Sequence record: OR757453.1
DNA: 64,000 bases
Source of the DNA: Escherichia phage BYEP01
Direction: 5' to 3' (one strand)
This document shows positions 20,889 through 31,886 of this stretch, one piece after another; the stretch's first letter is position 1, and every line of letters starts with the position of its first letter. The notes below the pieces were generated by a model. The model did no database searches. It saw nothing but the letters and a program-made list of their open reading frames with translations, and was not told where the DNA came from. The position numbers and the translations under genes were made by a program.

Positions 20889-20968
20889 TGAGTAATTTCC
20901 ATAACGAACATGTAATGCAGTTTTATCGTAACAATCTTAAAACTAAAGGCGTCTTCGGACGCCAGTGA
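20888..20968 (+). CDS. stp: Stp peptide
   Basis: 26 aa ORF ([26 protein letters not shown]); start overlaps the ndd stop. Confidence 0.6.
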
Positions 20969-20975
20969 GGAAAAT

Positions 20976-21134
20976 ATGAATATTGCAAAACTATTAGGAG
21001 TTATTTCATTTATTTGTTGGATAGTAGCATGTGTTTTAACTATCTGTATCGATGTTAGCAGTGTGTTTTCACAAGCTTTAGCCCAGGGTATGTGTGCATA
21101 TTTAACATTTGTGTTGTTATCTACCAATGATTAA
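20976..21134 (+). CDS. ac: Ac-like small membrane protein (acriflavine sensitivity)
   Basis: 52 aa hydrophobic ORF. Confidence 0.45.
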   Translation: MNIAKLLGVISFICWIVACVLTICIDVSSVFSQALAQGMCAYLTFVLLSTND

Positions 21135-21271
21135 GAAAATCTTGGGCTATTCATTAGCCCTTGCTACTTTATTGGTAGCGTTATATTATGGAGTAATGTT
21201 CGGATTAATTCAAGTCGTGCTTTTCATTTCTGATGTTATTATGGCACTACATTCACTAGTATGGTAAATTT

Positions 21272-22600
21272 ATGCAACTGAATAATCGCGATTTAAAAAG
21301 TATCATTGATAATGAAGCACTGGCTTATGCTATGTACACGGTTGAAAATCGTGCTATTCCAAATATGATTGATGGATTTAAGCCAGTCCAACGATTTGTT
21401 ATTGCTCGAGCTCTTGATTTGGCGCGAGGAAATAAAGATAAGTTTCACAAACTCGCTTCTATTGCAGGCGGTGTAGCTGACCTTGGATATCATCATGGTG
21501 AAAACTCTGCGCAAGACGCGGGGGCTTTGATGGCTAATACTTGGAATAATAACTTTCCTCTGTTAGATGGTCAAGGAAACTTTGGTTCTCGTACCGTTCA
21601 AAAAGCAGCGGCAAGTCGTTATATTTTTGCTCGTGTAAGTAAAAATTTCTATAACGTATATAAAGATACTGAATATGCTCCGGTACATCAAGATAAAGAA
21701 CACATTCCGCCTGCTTTCTATTTGCCTATTATTCCTACCGTTCTTCTTAATGGTGTTTCCGGTATTGCAACTGGTTATGCAACTTACATTCTTCCTCATA
21801 GTGTTTCTTCTGTCAAGAAAGCTGTACTACAAGCTCTTCAAGGAAAGAAAGTAACTAAACCGAAGGTAGAATTCCCAGAATTTCGTGGTGAAGTCGTTGA
21901 AATTGATGGACAATATGAAATTCGTGGAACATATAAGTTTACTTCACGAACTCAAATGCATATCACTGAGATTCCGTATAAGTATGATCGTGAAACTTAT
22001 GTGAGTAAAATCTTAGACCCACTTGAAGATAAAGGCTTCATTACATGGGATGATGCTTGTGGTGAGCATGGTTTTGGCTTTAAAGTTAAATTCCGTAAAG
22101 AATATTCTTTGAGCGATAATGAAGAAGAACGCCATGCAAAAATTATGAAAGACTTCGGGTTGATTGAGCGTCGTTCCCAGAATATTACCGTTATTAATGA
22201 GAAAGGAAAGCTACAAGTTTACGATAACGTAGTTGATTTAATCAAAGACTTCGTTGAAGTTCGTAAAACTTATGTCCAAAAACGAATTGATAACAAAATC
22301 AAAGAAACTGAGTCAGCTTTTCGTTTAGCCTTTGCCAAGGCACATTTCATTAAGAAAGTAATTTCAGGTGAAATTGTTGTACAGGGTAAAACTCGTAAAG
22401 AACTGACCGAAGAACTTTCTAAAATTGAGATGTATTCTTCTTATGTTGATAAACTAGTCGGTATGAATATTTTTCATATGACTTCTGATGAAGCAAAGAA
22501 ACTTGCTGAAGAAGCTAAAGCTAAGAAAGAAGAAAACGAATATTGGAAAACTACTGATGTAGTTACCGAATACACCAAAGATTTAGAGGAAATCAAATGA
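21272..22600 (+). CDS. 52: DNA topoisomerase II medium subunit gp52 (GyrA-like)
   Basis: 442 aa; matches T4 gp52 N-terminus and length. Confidence 0.9.
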   Translation: MQLNNRDLKSIIDNEALAYAMYTVENRAIPNMIDGFKPVQRFVIARALDLARGNKDKFHKLASIAGGVADLGYHHGENSAQDAGALMANTWNNNFPLLDGQGNFGSRTVQKAAASRYIFARVSKNFYNVYKDTEYAPVHQDKEHIPPAFYLPIIPTVLLNGVSGIATGYATYILPHSVSSVKKAVLQALQGKKVTKPKVEFPEFRGEVVEIDGQYEIRGTYKFTSRTQMHITEIPYKYDRETYVSKILDPLEDKGFITWDDACGEHGFGFKVKFRKEYSLSDNEEERHAKIMKDFGLIERRSQNITVINEKGKLQVYDNVVDLIKDFVEVRKTYVQKRIDNKIKETESAFRLAFAKAHFIKKVISGEIVVQGKTRKELTEELSKIEMYSSYVDKLVGMNIFHMTSDEAKKLAEEAKAKKEENEYWKTTDVVTEYTKDLEEIK

Positions 22601-22746
22601 GTCCATTCATTGGTATTACAAGCGCGGCGTTAGTATCTGGCGGCATTTTACTAGCGGGTTTAGGTGTTGTTCCAGCCGTAGCAGGAGGTCTTCTTGCGTT
22701 CGGCATTCAACGCGTTATCATGACAGTTATCACAGTCATGCAGTAA
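22597..22746 (+). CDS. small membrane protein
   Basis: 49 aa Gly/Ala-rich hydrophobic ORF; ATGA overlap with gene 52. Confidence 0.35.
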   Translation: MSPFIGITSAALVSGGILLAGLGVVPAVAGGLLAFGIQRVIMTVITVMQ

Positions 22747-22751
22747 TTTTA

Positions 22752-22779
22752 GGGAGAGCCTCGGCTCTCCCTTTTTTAT
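22752..22779 (+). terminator. rho-independent terminator
   Basis: GGGAGAGCC-TCG-GCTCTCCC then TTTTTT. Confidence 0.8.
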
Positions 22780-22831
22780 TTCAAAAATTTTTTCACAAAA
22801 ACTACTGATACAGAATTACGGAGATTAGAAA

Positions 22832-23467
22832 ATGTCTAAAGTAACTTACATCATCAAAGCTTCTAACGATGTTCTGAATGAAAAAACTGCTGCGATTTTA
22901 ATTACCATTGCTAAGAAAGATTTCATTACAGCTGCAGAAGTTCGTGAGGTGCATCCAGATTTAGGTAATGCAGTAGTTAATAGTAATATTGGGGTATTGA
23001 TTAAAAAAGGCCTGGTGGAGAAATCTGGTGATGGATTAATCATTACTGGTGAAGCTCAGGATATTATTTCAAATGCAGCAACTTTATACGCACAGGAAAA
23101 CGCTCCGGAACTGCTGAAAAAACGAGCAACTCGTAAAGCTCGCGAGATTACTTCTGATATGGAAGAAGATAAAGACTTCATGTTAAAACTTTTAGATGAA
23201 AATGGATTTGTTCTTAAAAAGGTTGAAACTTATCGTAGTAACTATCTCGCTATTTTAGAAAAACGCACTCACGGAATTCGTAATTTTGAAATTAACAACA
23301 ATGGAAATATGCGAATTTTTGGATACAAAATGATGGAACATCATATTCAGAAATTTACTGATATCGGAATGTCATGTAAAATCGCTAAAAATGGTAATGT
23401 GTATCTTGACATTAAACGCTCAGCAGAAAACATTGAAGCTGTAATTACTGTAGCATCTGAACTGTGA
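22832..23467 (+). CDS. motA: middle transcription activator MotA
   Basis: 211 aa; matches T4 MotA. Confidence 0.85.
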   Translation: MSKVTYIIKASNDVLNEKTAAILITIAKKDFITAAEVREVHPDLGNAVVNSNIGVLIKKGLVEKSGDGLIITGEAQDIISNAATLYAQENAPELLKKRATRKAREITSDMEEDKDFMLKLLDENGFVLKKVETYRSNYLAILEKRTHGIRNFEINNNGNMRIFGYKMMEHHIQKFTDIGMSCKIAKNGNVYLDIKRSAENIEAVITVASEL

Positions 23468-23477
23468 GGAATAAATA

Positions 23478-23807
23478 ATGAACAAGTTAGAAATTGTTAA
23501 TGAACTTCGTCGTTGTGCAGAACCCACTCAAGAGGGGTGGGACATCTGGTACCATGGAGCTTATCTTGGAACTATCGTAAAGATTAAGACTAGTAAATAC
23601 ATGATTATTCGTGAAAGTAAAGATGCTCCAGTAGGTATTCGCAATAATTTCATGGCAGCGATAAGTTCCTTTACAGATTCAGCTTACGAAATTTACCTTG
23701 CTGATTATAAAGAATTCCAGGAATCTCAACCGGTTATTCGCTCAATTGGTGTTAACAAAGCTCAACAGAAAACTTTGTGGCAACGTATTAAAGGATGGTT
23801 TAAATGA
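23478..23807 (+). CDS. hypothetical protein
   Basis: 109 aa ORF. Confidence 0.4.
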   Translation: MNKLEIVNELRRCAEPTQEGWDIWYHGAYLGTIVKIKTSKYMIIRESKDAPVGIRNNFMAAISSFTDSAYEIYLADYKEFQESQPVIRSIGVNKAQQKTLWQRIKGWFK

Positions 23808-24265
23808 ACCCATTTATTAATCGTTTAAAAATGCTGAATGTTCCTTTATCTCGTGAAACTCCAGAAAGTCTTGTTGAAAAATTTAAAGCGCATGGTTATA
23901 AATGCACAGAAGAAGATATTCTAAAAGAAGTTCCTGAAATCTGTTGGCAGTCTGCATACTGGGATGAAAACCAAAAGTATCAACGACGAATTGTTTGTGC
24001 AGCCAACCGTTTTAAATTAAAAGATGGACGAACTCTTGTTATTCCAGGTGCTCGTCATTATTCTAAAGATATGGCAGCAGTTTTAGATGTAGTTAAACCA
24101 CAATTAGTTACTCAACAAGTTTGTGATGATGACCAAGGGTTTATTGACCAATATAGTAATTATTGGACACGTGAAGAAGCAATGATTATTGCAACTTACG
24201 CTGGACAAGTACGTATTGAACGTGGTGGTAGTGAAAAAGAACTTTACTCTGAGGACCTTTACTAA
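23804..24265 (+). CDS. hypothetical protein
   Basis: 153 aa ORF. Confidence 0.4.
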   Translation: MNPFINRLKMLNVPLSRETPESLVEKFKAHGYKCTEEDILKEVPEICWQSAYWDENQKYQRRIVCAANRFKLKDGRTLVIPGARHYSKDMAAVLDVVKPQLVTQQVCDDDQGFIDQYSNYWTREEAMIIATYAGQVRIERGGSEKELYSEDLY

Positions 24266-24561
24266 TGAATATTAAAAAGTTTCAAATTGATGGAATTACG
24301 AATCAAATTAAGGCATTGGAATATGCTAATAAAATGATGTCAACTAATTGGGGAATTTATACCAATGAGCCGGGATTTAAGTTCTGCGATATGGAATTCG
24401 CCAAAAAGCTTGTAGGAAAAGATTATGTATGCCCATTTAGTTCTCCGGTAAATGGAATGCTAAAACCTGCTCTACGCGATCTTTATATTGCGATGAACGA
24501 AGAGATGATAAAAGAGCTAAAACGTCAACTGAAGGTGATTCAATTTGGCCAGGGAAATTAA
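24265..24561 (+). CDS. hypothetical protein
   Basis: 98 aa ORF. Confidence 0.4.
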   Translation: MNIKKFQIDGITNQIKALEYANKMMSTNWGIYTNEPGFKFCDMEFAKKLVGKDYVCPFSSPVNGMLKPALRDLYIAMNEEMIKELKRQLKVIQFGQGN

Positions 24562-24763
24562 TTCAAAATCCGATTATTTTAATTCTCTCAATGATAAAGA
24601 TAAAAATCTAATACGGCATTTTATCGTTGAGATGGGATATACTGATACACGTGATTTAAGAGAACATATATTTGAATGTGGTGTAGCTAAAAAGTTTTCA
24701 TTCACATGCAAATGTTTAAGAGAGGTAATTCAGCACTATGAACAATTTAGTCGCAAAACATAA
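24545..24763 (+). CDS. hypothetical protein
   Basis: 72 aa ORF. Confidence 0.35.
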   Translation: MAREINSKSDYFNSLNDKDKNLIRHFIVEMGYTDTRDLREHIFECGVAKKFSFTCKCLREVIQHYEQFSRKT

Positions 24764-24846
24764 TTTTAATAAAGCTTCTGTTCATAAAGATAAGAAGAAA
24801 GCGTTTAAAGAATCTAATCGCAAACAGAAACATAAGGGGAAGGTCT

Positions 24847-25125
24847 ATGATTATTGATTCTCAATCTGTGGTTCAATACACAATCAAAATTGATATTCTA
24901 GAAAAGCTATATAAGTTTCTACCAAATTTATACCACTCAATTGTCAATGAATTAGTTGAAGAACTACATCTTGAGAATAATGATTTCTTGATTGGAACTT
25001 ATAAAGACCTCTCAAAAGCAGGATATTTTTACGTAATTCCAGCTCCAGGAAAAAGTATTGATGATGTATTAAAAACTATAATGATTTATGTCCATGATTA
25101 TGAAATTGAAGATTATTTCGAATGA
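24847..25125 (+). CDS. arn: Arn-like anti-restriction protein (McrBC inhibitor)
   Basis: 92 aa acidic ORF; four small ORFs lie between it and motA and one before asiA, as in T4. Confidence 0.5.
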   Translation: MIIDSQSVVQYTIKIDILEKLYKFLPNLYHSIVNELVEELHLENNDFLIGTYKDLSKAGYFYVIPAPGKSIDDVLKTIMIYVHDYEIEDYFE

Positions 25126-25286
25126 GTCATAATCTTGAAAAGGTAATCGAGCATAATGTAGCTCAGGAACGTGAGTCGTTCAAAGAATTCGTAGAAAAAA
25201 TTTTTGAAGAAAATAACACAGACCAGTTTACAAATCAAGCGTCTGATGATATTATAATAAAGTCAACTAATTGAGTGGTATAGTTA

Positions 25287-25559
25287 ATGAATAAAAACAT
25301 TGATACAGTTCGTGAAATTATTACTGTTGCGTCTATTTTGATTAAATTTTCCAGAGAAGATATTGTTGAAAATCGTGCTAATTTTATTGCATTTCTGAAT
25401 GAGATTGGAGTAACGCATGAAGGTAGAAAATTAAATCAGAATTCATTCCGTAAAATTGTTTCTGAATTAACTCAAGAAGATAAGAAAACCCTCATCGACG
25501 AATTCAACGAGGGTTTTGAGGGTGTATATCGATATCTAGAGATGTATACGAACAAATAA
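25287..25559 (+). CDS. asiA: anti-sigma-70 factor AsiA
   Basis: 90 aa; matches T4 AsiA. Confidence 0.85.
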   Translation: MNKNIDTVREIITVASILIKFSREDIVENRANFIAFLNEIGVTHEGRKLNQNSFRKIVSELTQEDKKTLIDEFNEGFEGVYRYLEMYTNK

Positions 25560-26216
25560 TTATTTAGCCCTTCCTAATATTCTGGCCGCCTGAGCACATA
25601 TTGATTCAAGGCGGTCATTACTTATATGATCATTTCTATACCAGTACATGGTTATTGTTCCAGCATAGATATTATCCAAATTGAAATATGGACAACTGTA
25701 CATGTAATTTATTTCGGGAGTAGGCTTTTTGGTTGGTAAAAAAGCAAATTTTGAGTTGGAATAATAATGACGTCCATTTAAATGAACTGCATATTCATCC
25801 ATAGTTTTATCAACAGGATATCCTCCAAGTGATTTTTCACTTATTGTTGAAGGTAATCTTCCTTCGTATGCTATAATATCAACAAAATAGTTTAAGTTTT
25901 TAGGGCGGAAAGAATACACCGCACTAAAGTCTGCCTCAGATGATATATGAACTATCTGGAGTTGTTCCAGGGCGACAGATTCAAAGCGTGCATTTCTTTC
26001 CTTTTCAATAATTTCACTGTATGTTTCATACTTTGATTGCTTATAGTACTCAAAGAAACTATCTCCCCTATACCAAACAATCGCCATCATAAACAAAAGA
26101 ATTACGACAGCTACCCGGGAAGCAAGAACTTTCCCGGTAGCGTTATCTTTGAACACGCGATCTAGAACACCCAACAGAATATCAGAGGGCGAAAATGATA
26201 TTCTAGGTGCTGCCAT
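25560..26216 (-). CDS. t: holin T
   Basis: 218 aa; N-terminal transmembrane segment; matches T4 holin length. Confidence 0.85.
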   Translation of the reverse strand: MAAPRISFSPSDILLGVLDRVFKDNATGKVLASRVAVVILLFMMAIVWYRGDSFFEYYKQSKYETYSEIIEKERNARFESVALEQLQIVHISSEADFSAVYSFRPKNLNYFVDIIAYEGRLPSTISEKSLGGYPVDKTMDEYAVHLNGRHYYSNSKFAFLPTKKPTPEINYMYSCPYFNLDNIYAGTITMYWYRNDHISNDRLESICAQAARILGRAK

Positions 26217-26234
26217 AGACCCTCCTTTTTAAGA

Positions 26235-26242
26235 TATTTATA
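26235..26242 (-). promoter_or_regulatory. late promoter TATAAATA upstream of t
   Basis: TATTTATA on plus strand, 19 nt upstream of the t start. Confidence 0.5.
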
Positions 26243-26789
26243 CGTAATGCTTGAATAAACGCTTATACCAAGGCTTCCGTTCTTTTTCAGGCCATGCAGG
26301 GAATTCACCACCTAAATGCTCATGCTTTTCTAAAAGAGCAAAGAACCGTTTAAGGTTTTGATAATAGAATTTTTCCTTTTTATTTGCAGCTGAAGCTTCG
26401 ATCATATTACTCAATACTTGGAATTCTTTATATAATTCTTCAATTTTTCTATTACGAATTAAAACCCGTTTATATGTTTCATCTTCTTTCCAACCATCAT
26501 CAGTCCATATATCAAATTCGCCAGGCTCATCAAAAGTTATACCAACTGGGCTTCCAATGTCATTTATAAAAATTTCTTCTTTATTAAAAGTCCATGCCCG
26601 TTTGCCGCGATGGTCTTCTTCATAAACCCAATCCTGAATACGTTCATCAAATACAACTGCGTATCCTTCTTTAGGTTCTAAAGGTTTTTTAACTGTTGAA
26701 TGAGCAGGAAGACCGAGACCTTTAACCGGTTTGTAATTTTCTTCTTTGTAAAATTCTTTAGTGTCAAAATAATAATGATAGATTTTCAT
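26238..26789 (-). CDS. 38: gp38, T4-type tail fiber assembly factor
   Basis: 183 aa; matches T4 gp38. Confidence 0.8.
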   Translation of the reverse strand: MKIYHYYFDTKEFYKEENYKPVKGLGLPAHSTVKKPLEPKEGYAVVFDERIQDWVYEEDHRGKRAWTFNKEEIFINDIGSPVGITFDEPGEFDIWTDDGWKEDETYKRVLIRNRKIEELYKEFQVLSNMIEASAANKKEKFYYQNLKRFFALLEKHEHLGGEFPAWPEKERKPWYKRLFKHYV

Positions 26790-26816
26790 ATTTAGAAGGG
26801 GCCGAAGCCCCTCTCC

Positions 26817-29800
26817 TTATGCTAAACGAACGATATAGTTAAAAGCAATGTTTTTAACCGTGTTTTCTGTATTACCTGTACTATTTACAGTGATAGTATG
26901 ACCATGCGAACCAATCGCTACCGTGTGGGTATGAGCACCAATACCTACAGAGTGGGAATGGTTACCAGCATCGCTTGTAGTACCAGACCATGTGTGTGTA
27001 TGGTTACCAGTTGTGTTAGTGTTAGGGAACTTGTTATCACGTCTGTCAAGCCAGTCAAGTGTTCTAGGCAGACTGTTGCCAACGGTTGTATACCCGTACA
27101 AAGCATCACCGCCGTTAACTAATAGTAGACCTAAGTGATGAGCGTGGTTACCAGCAGCACTTGTTGTACCACTTACAGAGTGAGTGTGAGCACCAGTACT
27201 ATTAGTGTTCTTCGTACCATAGTCAAAGCTTGATGTGGTTTTAGTGCCTAAGTCAGTACTTGAAGCAGATGCACTATGGCTATGAGCCTTAACACCATCT
27301 TCTTCTGTGCTCAAAACAGCACGACCACTTGGTTTACCTTTGATAGTTTGCCCGCGCATATCTGGAATAACACCGCTAGGATATGCAACAGCTAGCTTTG
27401 GATATGCAGACTTATCAAAGGTCTGACCTTCCATAATAGCGTAACCGTTAGGAGGAGTATCTGTAGGCCATGGAATTGGAGCTCCAATAGGATAACTTGA
27501 AACAATATCAGTTTTAAGTGATTCAATTGTACTGTTTAAGTTAGCAAAATTACCAGAACCACCAGTAATATTACCATCAGTGCCAAGAGTGGCAGCGCCG
27601 GCAATAATTTTACCTGCCGCGCGGAAATCGCCTGTGCGACGGAATTCCCAACTCAAATCTACTCCATTGGTGCTAGTTCCCTGGTGATAATGGACGCGGA
27701 AGTCTCCCTGAGAAATCAAGGTACCAATAGAATAAGTACTATCTCCTTGAACGTAACGTTGCTTCAAAATTGGAATATAAGTACTATTATCACCACGGTC
27801 GATATTCATATAGAACGGTGCACGAACATTTTCGTTATTCTGTGAAGCAAACGAACCAGCACCTGCCGGGCGAACAGAGTTAGTGCATTCAACATCAATA
27901 TAAGACGAGTGGCCTATTTGCATGCGGAAATTAGGGCTTAATCTGGTATTAGAAGTTATCACAACAAGTTTACTATCATTATCAATAGTAACCATATTGC
28001 CGCCTAATCCATCGTCGCCTAATGTAACCGAATGACGCATTTGTACCATACCATTATTAAGACTAATACTTAATGGGCGGAGATTACTTATTCCACCACT
28101 TTCACCAGCATCTTTAGGAGTCGGGATAATATGTAATGCTGCTTCTGAACGACGGAAAATAGCACCGTATTCAGCATTCCAAATTCTCAATGCATCAGCT
28201 GTTCCACCAATTTTTACTTGGCCTGTAATAGAAGAACTCCCAGTTAAATTAAGCCCATTGCTCATTGTAACTGCGCCGACTAAAGTGCTCAATCCATTAA
28301 CTTTAAGATTTCCTGCAGTGCTAATAGAGCCGTTAGCATTAACTGGTCCATTGAACTGGGTTACAACGGGCCCAACAGTTTCAGAACCTTCTGGGCGCTG
28401 GCGTTGTGAATAAAAATAATAACCTTGTGAATCATATACTTCAAATACAGTTTCTCTAATACCGGGAACTGAGTTAAAGGCATTACCCCATGCTTTAATT
28501 GAAACAGTATTTTTATTCTGTCCGTTACGAGTGCCTGCATCCCAGTTAATAGTTTTGGTACCATCTACACCGGAAGGAGCTTTAAACGATAAAGCATTAG
28601 TATTATCATCACCATTTAAAAACAAGCCCGTACGCATAGAAATACGTTGGGTTGAGTCAAATGTACCATCTGCTCTAATAGCAACTCTATTAGACCCAGT
28701 TTTAATATCTAAAATACCTGGCTCAACAAGAAGTCCATCGCCCATGCTAACAGACATACGACCCGTGCCACGGAAATAGTGATACATTTTAGAATTACTG
28801 TTATAACCGATATGAGTTTGCCCATCACCGTTATTATTGCCATCAACATCAGTACGCGCAGTAAACATTGCTTGGTTGTTATTTGGGAAAACCCAAGTAG
28901 AACCGGAATCTCGACTATAACCAACCATCAATTTTTTAGTACTGTTAATACCATTATTAATAATAGTCGCCGCAGAAATACCGTTAGCCATTAGGTCATA
29001 AACACCGTCACGGACCCATTTAATACCGGTATCGTTATCGCCAATTGCAATACCAATGGAAATGGCAGACTCTAAAGGATAACGCCCATTTGTACCATTA
29101 TCAGGAAGACCTACTGAAATAGATTTACCTGCGGTAATACGTCCAGAGTTATCAAACGCCCACTGGAAAGATGAAGGTCCTACGCCGGTCCACCAAGAAA
29201 TTTCTTGCGGCTTACCTTTTCGACAATCGGCAATTTCATGGAAAATACTTGATGCACTTGATGCACGTAATTTACGCAAATAGTTCAATCCATTTGTAGT
29301 ATTGTCGGAACCATCAGCCGGTGGGTTATAAACCCAGGTAGGTAAAGAAACAATGTCATAACCCGTGTCATTATTCGGTATAAAGGTTTTAGAACTCAGG
29401 TTAATATTTTTTGTATTGACGCGCGGTGCAGAAACAAATCCAGTTGCCGAGTTAATATTACCTGAAGCCGAAATATTACCTGCACGGACTTCAATACTGC
29501 CAGAATCTACAATAAAATTACCGTTACGGTTAAAGACCCAGTGTTTAGAATTGTCTGGAGCTGTAGAATCAATGTAATGAACTCTAAATGAGCCTTCGCT
29601 TACTAATGTACCTACTGAAAAAGTACCGTCTTTATAACGTTGCTTAATCAAAGGGTGGTATTCAGAAGTTGAAGTAGTTGAACTCAAATCGGTAAAGATA
29701 GGAGCTTTATTTTTATGTTGGTTTGCCCAAGCACCATTACCCGCGGTTTTAGGCAGGAATTCAATATATTTACCAGCATAAACAAACTGGTTTCCATTAA

Positions 29801-30026
29801 GATTATATGTTCCATTTTGTAAATAATCACCAGTTTGAGTGATATTTCCACTGATATTACCGCCAGCGGAAATACTTAAATCAATGATATTTCCTGAATC
29901 ATCTTTAGTAAAAATTGTTCTATCTTTTAAGTTTATAGCCAATTCACCTTCGGCTAATACTGAAGCAGCAGGACGTGCACCTGCGGTTTTGCTTCTTTTA
30001 AATTGTATTTGTTTTAAAGTAGCCAT
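26817..30026 (-). CDS. 37: long tail fiber distal subunit gp37 (receptor recognition)
   Basis: 1069 aa; C-terminal His-x-His boxes ([27 protein letters not shown]). Confidence 0.9.
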   Translation of the reverse strand: MATLKQIQFKRSKTAGARPAASVLAEGELAINLKDRTIFTKDDSGNIIDLSISAGGNISGNITQTGDYLQNGTYNLNGNQFVYAGKYIEFLPKTAGNGAWANQHKNKAPIFTDLSSTTSTSEYHPLIKQRYKDGTFSVGTLVSEGSFRVHYIDSTAPDNSKHWVFNRNGNFIVDSGSIEVRAGNISASGNINSATGFVSAPRVNTKNINLSSKTFIPNNDTGYDIVSLPTWVYNPPADGSDNTTNGLNYLRKLRASSASSIFHEIADCRKGKPQEISWWTGVGPSSFQWAFDNSGRITAGKSISVGLPDNGTNGRYPLESAISIGIAIGDNDTGIKWVRDGVYDLMANGISAATIINNGINSTKKLMVGYSRDSGSTWVFPNNNQAMFTARTDVDGNNNGDGQTHIGYNSNSKMYHYFRGTGRMSVSMGDGLLVEPGILDIKTGSNRVAIRADGTFDSTQRISMRTGLFLNGDDNTNALSFKAPSGVDGTKTINWDAGTRNGQNKNTVSIKAWGNAFNSVPGIRETVFEVYDSQGYYFYSQRQRPEGSETVGPVVTQFNGPVNANGSISTAGNLKVNGLSTLVGAVTMSNGLNLTGSSSITGQVKIGGTADALRIWNAEYGAIFRRSEAALHIIPTPKDAGESGGISNLRPLSISLNNGMVQMRHSVTLGDDGLGGNMVTIDNDSKLVVITSNTRLSPNFRMQIGHSSYIDVECTNSVRPAGAGSFASQNNENVRAPFYMNIDRGDNSTYIPILKQRYVQGDSTYSIGTLISQGDFRVHYHQGTSTNGVDLSWEFRRTGDFRAAGKIIAGAATLGTDGNITGGSGNFANLNSTIESLKTDIVSSYPIGAPIPWPTDTPPNGYAIMEGQTFDKSAYPKLAVAYPSGVIPDMRGQTIKGKPSGRAVLSTEEDGVKAHSHSASASSTDLGTKTTSSFDYGTKNTNSTGAHTHSVSGTTSAAGNHAHHLGLLLVNGGDALYGYTTVGNSLPRTLDWLDRRDNKFPNTNTTGNHTHTWSGTTSDAGNHSHSVGIGAHTHTVAIGSHGHTITVNSTGNTENTVKNIAFNYIVRLA

Positions 30027-30034
30027 AAGTCCTC

Positions 30035-30700
30035 TTAATAATAGCCGAAATCTTGAACAGAATCCTTAATTACGATTTGGTCAAATCGTGGAACATGTGA
30101 AGGTTGAGATGCGGGATTCTGCGAGAAAAAGTTTGGCGCGGTTAAATTACCTGTCATAGTGTCGCCAGAACGCAACACTCTAGAGTTCGCATTTGCTGTA
30201 ACAGTATTTATTGCTCCATCAACATAGTCCTTTCTAGTAAGGTCATTTGCTGATACAGGAGAAACTGCATTACTTCTTATTTGACCTACTGCTGTCACAA
30301 CGCCTTTTGTACTAATATCACCATTACGTGCATTAATTACAACATTTCGTTCCGCTGAACCTTGTGATGATTTAAAACCAATACCATTCCACGAAACAAT
30401 ATCAATATTTGCTACAGCAAAAGTAGCATTATCACCGTTACCTGGATAAATACCGCATTGGTTTGTGTTGTTTATAGCATACGGAACTTGTACGCCACCG
30501 TTAAATGTTACCTTTGATGCATAAGTACCACCATTAGCTTTAGAAACGAAATCGTTATCAGTTGCCTGTGGTTTATTATATTCTGAATATATTTTAAATG
30601 ATTTATAGAGTACATCGTCACCGGCTGGATTCAATGGAAAATTTCCTTGATGCCAAATGACAGAGCCTCCGGTTGTTGAACCTACTTTTAAATCAGCCAT
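30035..30700 (-). CDS. 36: long tail fiber distal connector gp36
   Basis: 221 aa. Confidence 0.8.
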   Translation of the reverse strand: MADLKVGSTTGGSVIWHQGNFPLNPAGDDVLYKSFKIYSEYNKPQATDNDFVSKANGGTYASKVTFNGGVQVPYAINNTNQCGIYPGNGDNATFAVANIDIVSWNGIGFKSSQGSAERNVVINARNGDISTKGVVTAVGQIRSNAVSPVSANDLTRKDYVDGAINTVTANANSRVLRSGDTMTGNLTAPNFFSQNPASQPSHVPRFDQIVIKDSVQDFGYY

Positions 30701-30723
30701 TGTATGCCCCTTTATTTTAATAG

Positions 30724-30731
30724 TATTTATA
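30724..30731 (-). promoter_or_regulatory. late promoter TATAAATA upstream of gene 36
   Basis: TATTTATA on plus strand, just upstream of the minus-strand gene 36 start. Confidence 0.55.
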
Positions 30732-30740
30732 AAGAAAAAG

Positions 30741-30758
30741 GGAGCCCGAAGGCTCCCT
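30741..30758 (-). terminator. hairpin terminator after gene 35
   Basis: GGGAGCC-CGAA-GGCTCCC with T-run on the minus strand. Confidence 0.6.
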
Positions 30759-30762
30759 CAAT

Positions 30763-31878
30763 TTATACTTCTCTAAATTCTTGTCCAAACACTTTACCAG
30801 TTTTAGACGATGCTTGTGTAGGAAGTACCATTATATCCGGAGGTGAAGCGGATTCACAGATATAATTAACACGAATACCATTGACGCCAAATTCAGCAGG
30901 TTTCGAAATGCCGCCATTTCTTGATACTTCAGAAAAGCTTAAATTTCTCATGCCACCTTGGCCAGCTTGTGCAGTTCTTTGTGCATATATCGTAAATCCT
31001 ACTGCGTTTTCTGGAACAACTACATAATCTTCCTTTAATTCCCATGACCCAGCTTGCCCAGTAAATTCAGCCTGCGTTGAAGAAATATATCTGTTAGATG
31101 CATCATAAAATCGAATGGATATATTCGTAGTTCCAAGAGCAAGTAAATCAGCATCGGCGTATAGCTGTGTTTTAAGATAAAGAACATCACCAGGAATTAA
31201 ATTATAATCAGAGAGTTTACTTATTGCAGCCGAAGTTGGTAAACGCGCGATTTCGTTATTAGTTCCACCAACCGCTGACATAAATTGCTCAACGCTTTCA
31301 TACGTTCTTCTTGGAAACCCGGTAGCTCCAACATCTTCTAAACTGTCAAATACAACATCTAAAATAGTTTGATAATCATCTGTGCTTTTTCTATTACTCA
31401 GTTTAACATGCTCTAATGCAATAGCTCTTTTAGAAGAAGTATAAAAAGCAGCATATGATACGTCAAATCTTGACAATATAGAGTCAGATGGAAAAGCAGA
31501 CGTTCCTGCGGTTCTTAACCAAGATACTACTTCAGGAGGAAAATTAACCTTTCCGTTAGTTAATATAGCAACAAGTCTATTGCTTGAAATAGAATTCATG
31601 AAGCTAACAAAAGCGGCAGATGTAGTATCATTTGAAGTCGAAAAAGCATATGACTTACTATCAACTAATGCTCCGGTGGAAGGGTCAAAAACTCTTAAAT
31701 GAAGGCCTGCGCTAAATGTTTGATTTCCGATAGGATTATCCTGAAATTTAACGTATGGTCCTGCTGTAGAAAGCGGGCAAGAACCCGCTATGCTTATTTT
31801 GTATCTTACTGAATTGCTTTCCGATAAAAATGGCGTTTGGACATATCCTTGTCCAAACTCTGCCATAAATTTTTCCAT
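30763..31878 (-). CDS. 35: long tail fiber hinge protein gp35
   Basis: 371 aa. Confidence 0.8.
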   Translation of the reverse strand: MEKFMAEFGQGYVQTPFLSESNSVRYKISIAGSCPLSTAGPYVKFQDNPIGNQTFSAGLHLRVFDPSTGALVDSKSYAFSTSNDTTSAAFVSFMNSISSNRLVAILTNGKVNFPPEVVSWLRTAGTSAFPSDSILSRFDVSYAAFYTSSKRAIALEHVKLSNRKSTDDYQTILDVVFDSLEDVGATGFPRRTYESVEQFMSAVGGTNNEIARLPTSAAISKLSDYNLIPGDVLYLKTQLYADADLLALGTTNISIRFYDASNRYISSTQAEFTGQAGSWELKEDYVVVPENAVGFTIYAQRTAQAGQGGMRNLSFSEVSRNGGISKPAEFGVNGIRVNYICESASPPDIMVLPTQASSKTGKVFGQEFREV

Positions 31879-31886
31879 AATACCTC

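Noticed and set aside
27100-27200. Repeated GNH(A/T)H motifs in gp37 as a repeat array
   Set aside because: These are protein-level His boxes of the fiber tip, not DNA direct repeats with spacers.
28531-28994. Plus-strand ORFs of 60 to 85 aa within the gene 34 to 37 tail-fiber block
   Set aside because: They lie antisense to long, well-supported minus-strand structural genes and have no start context.
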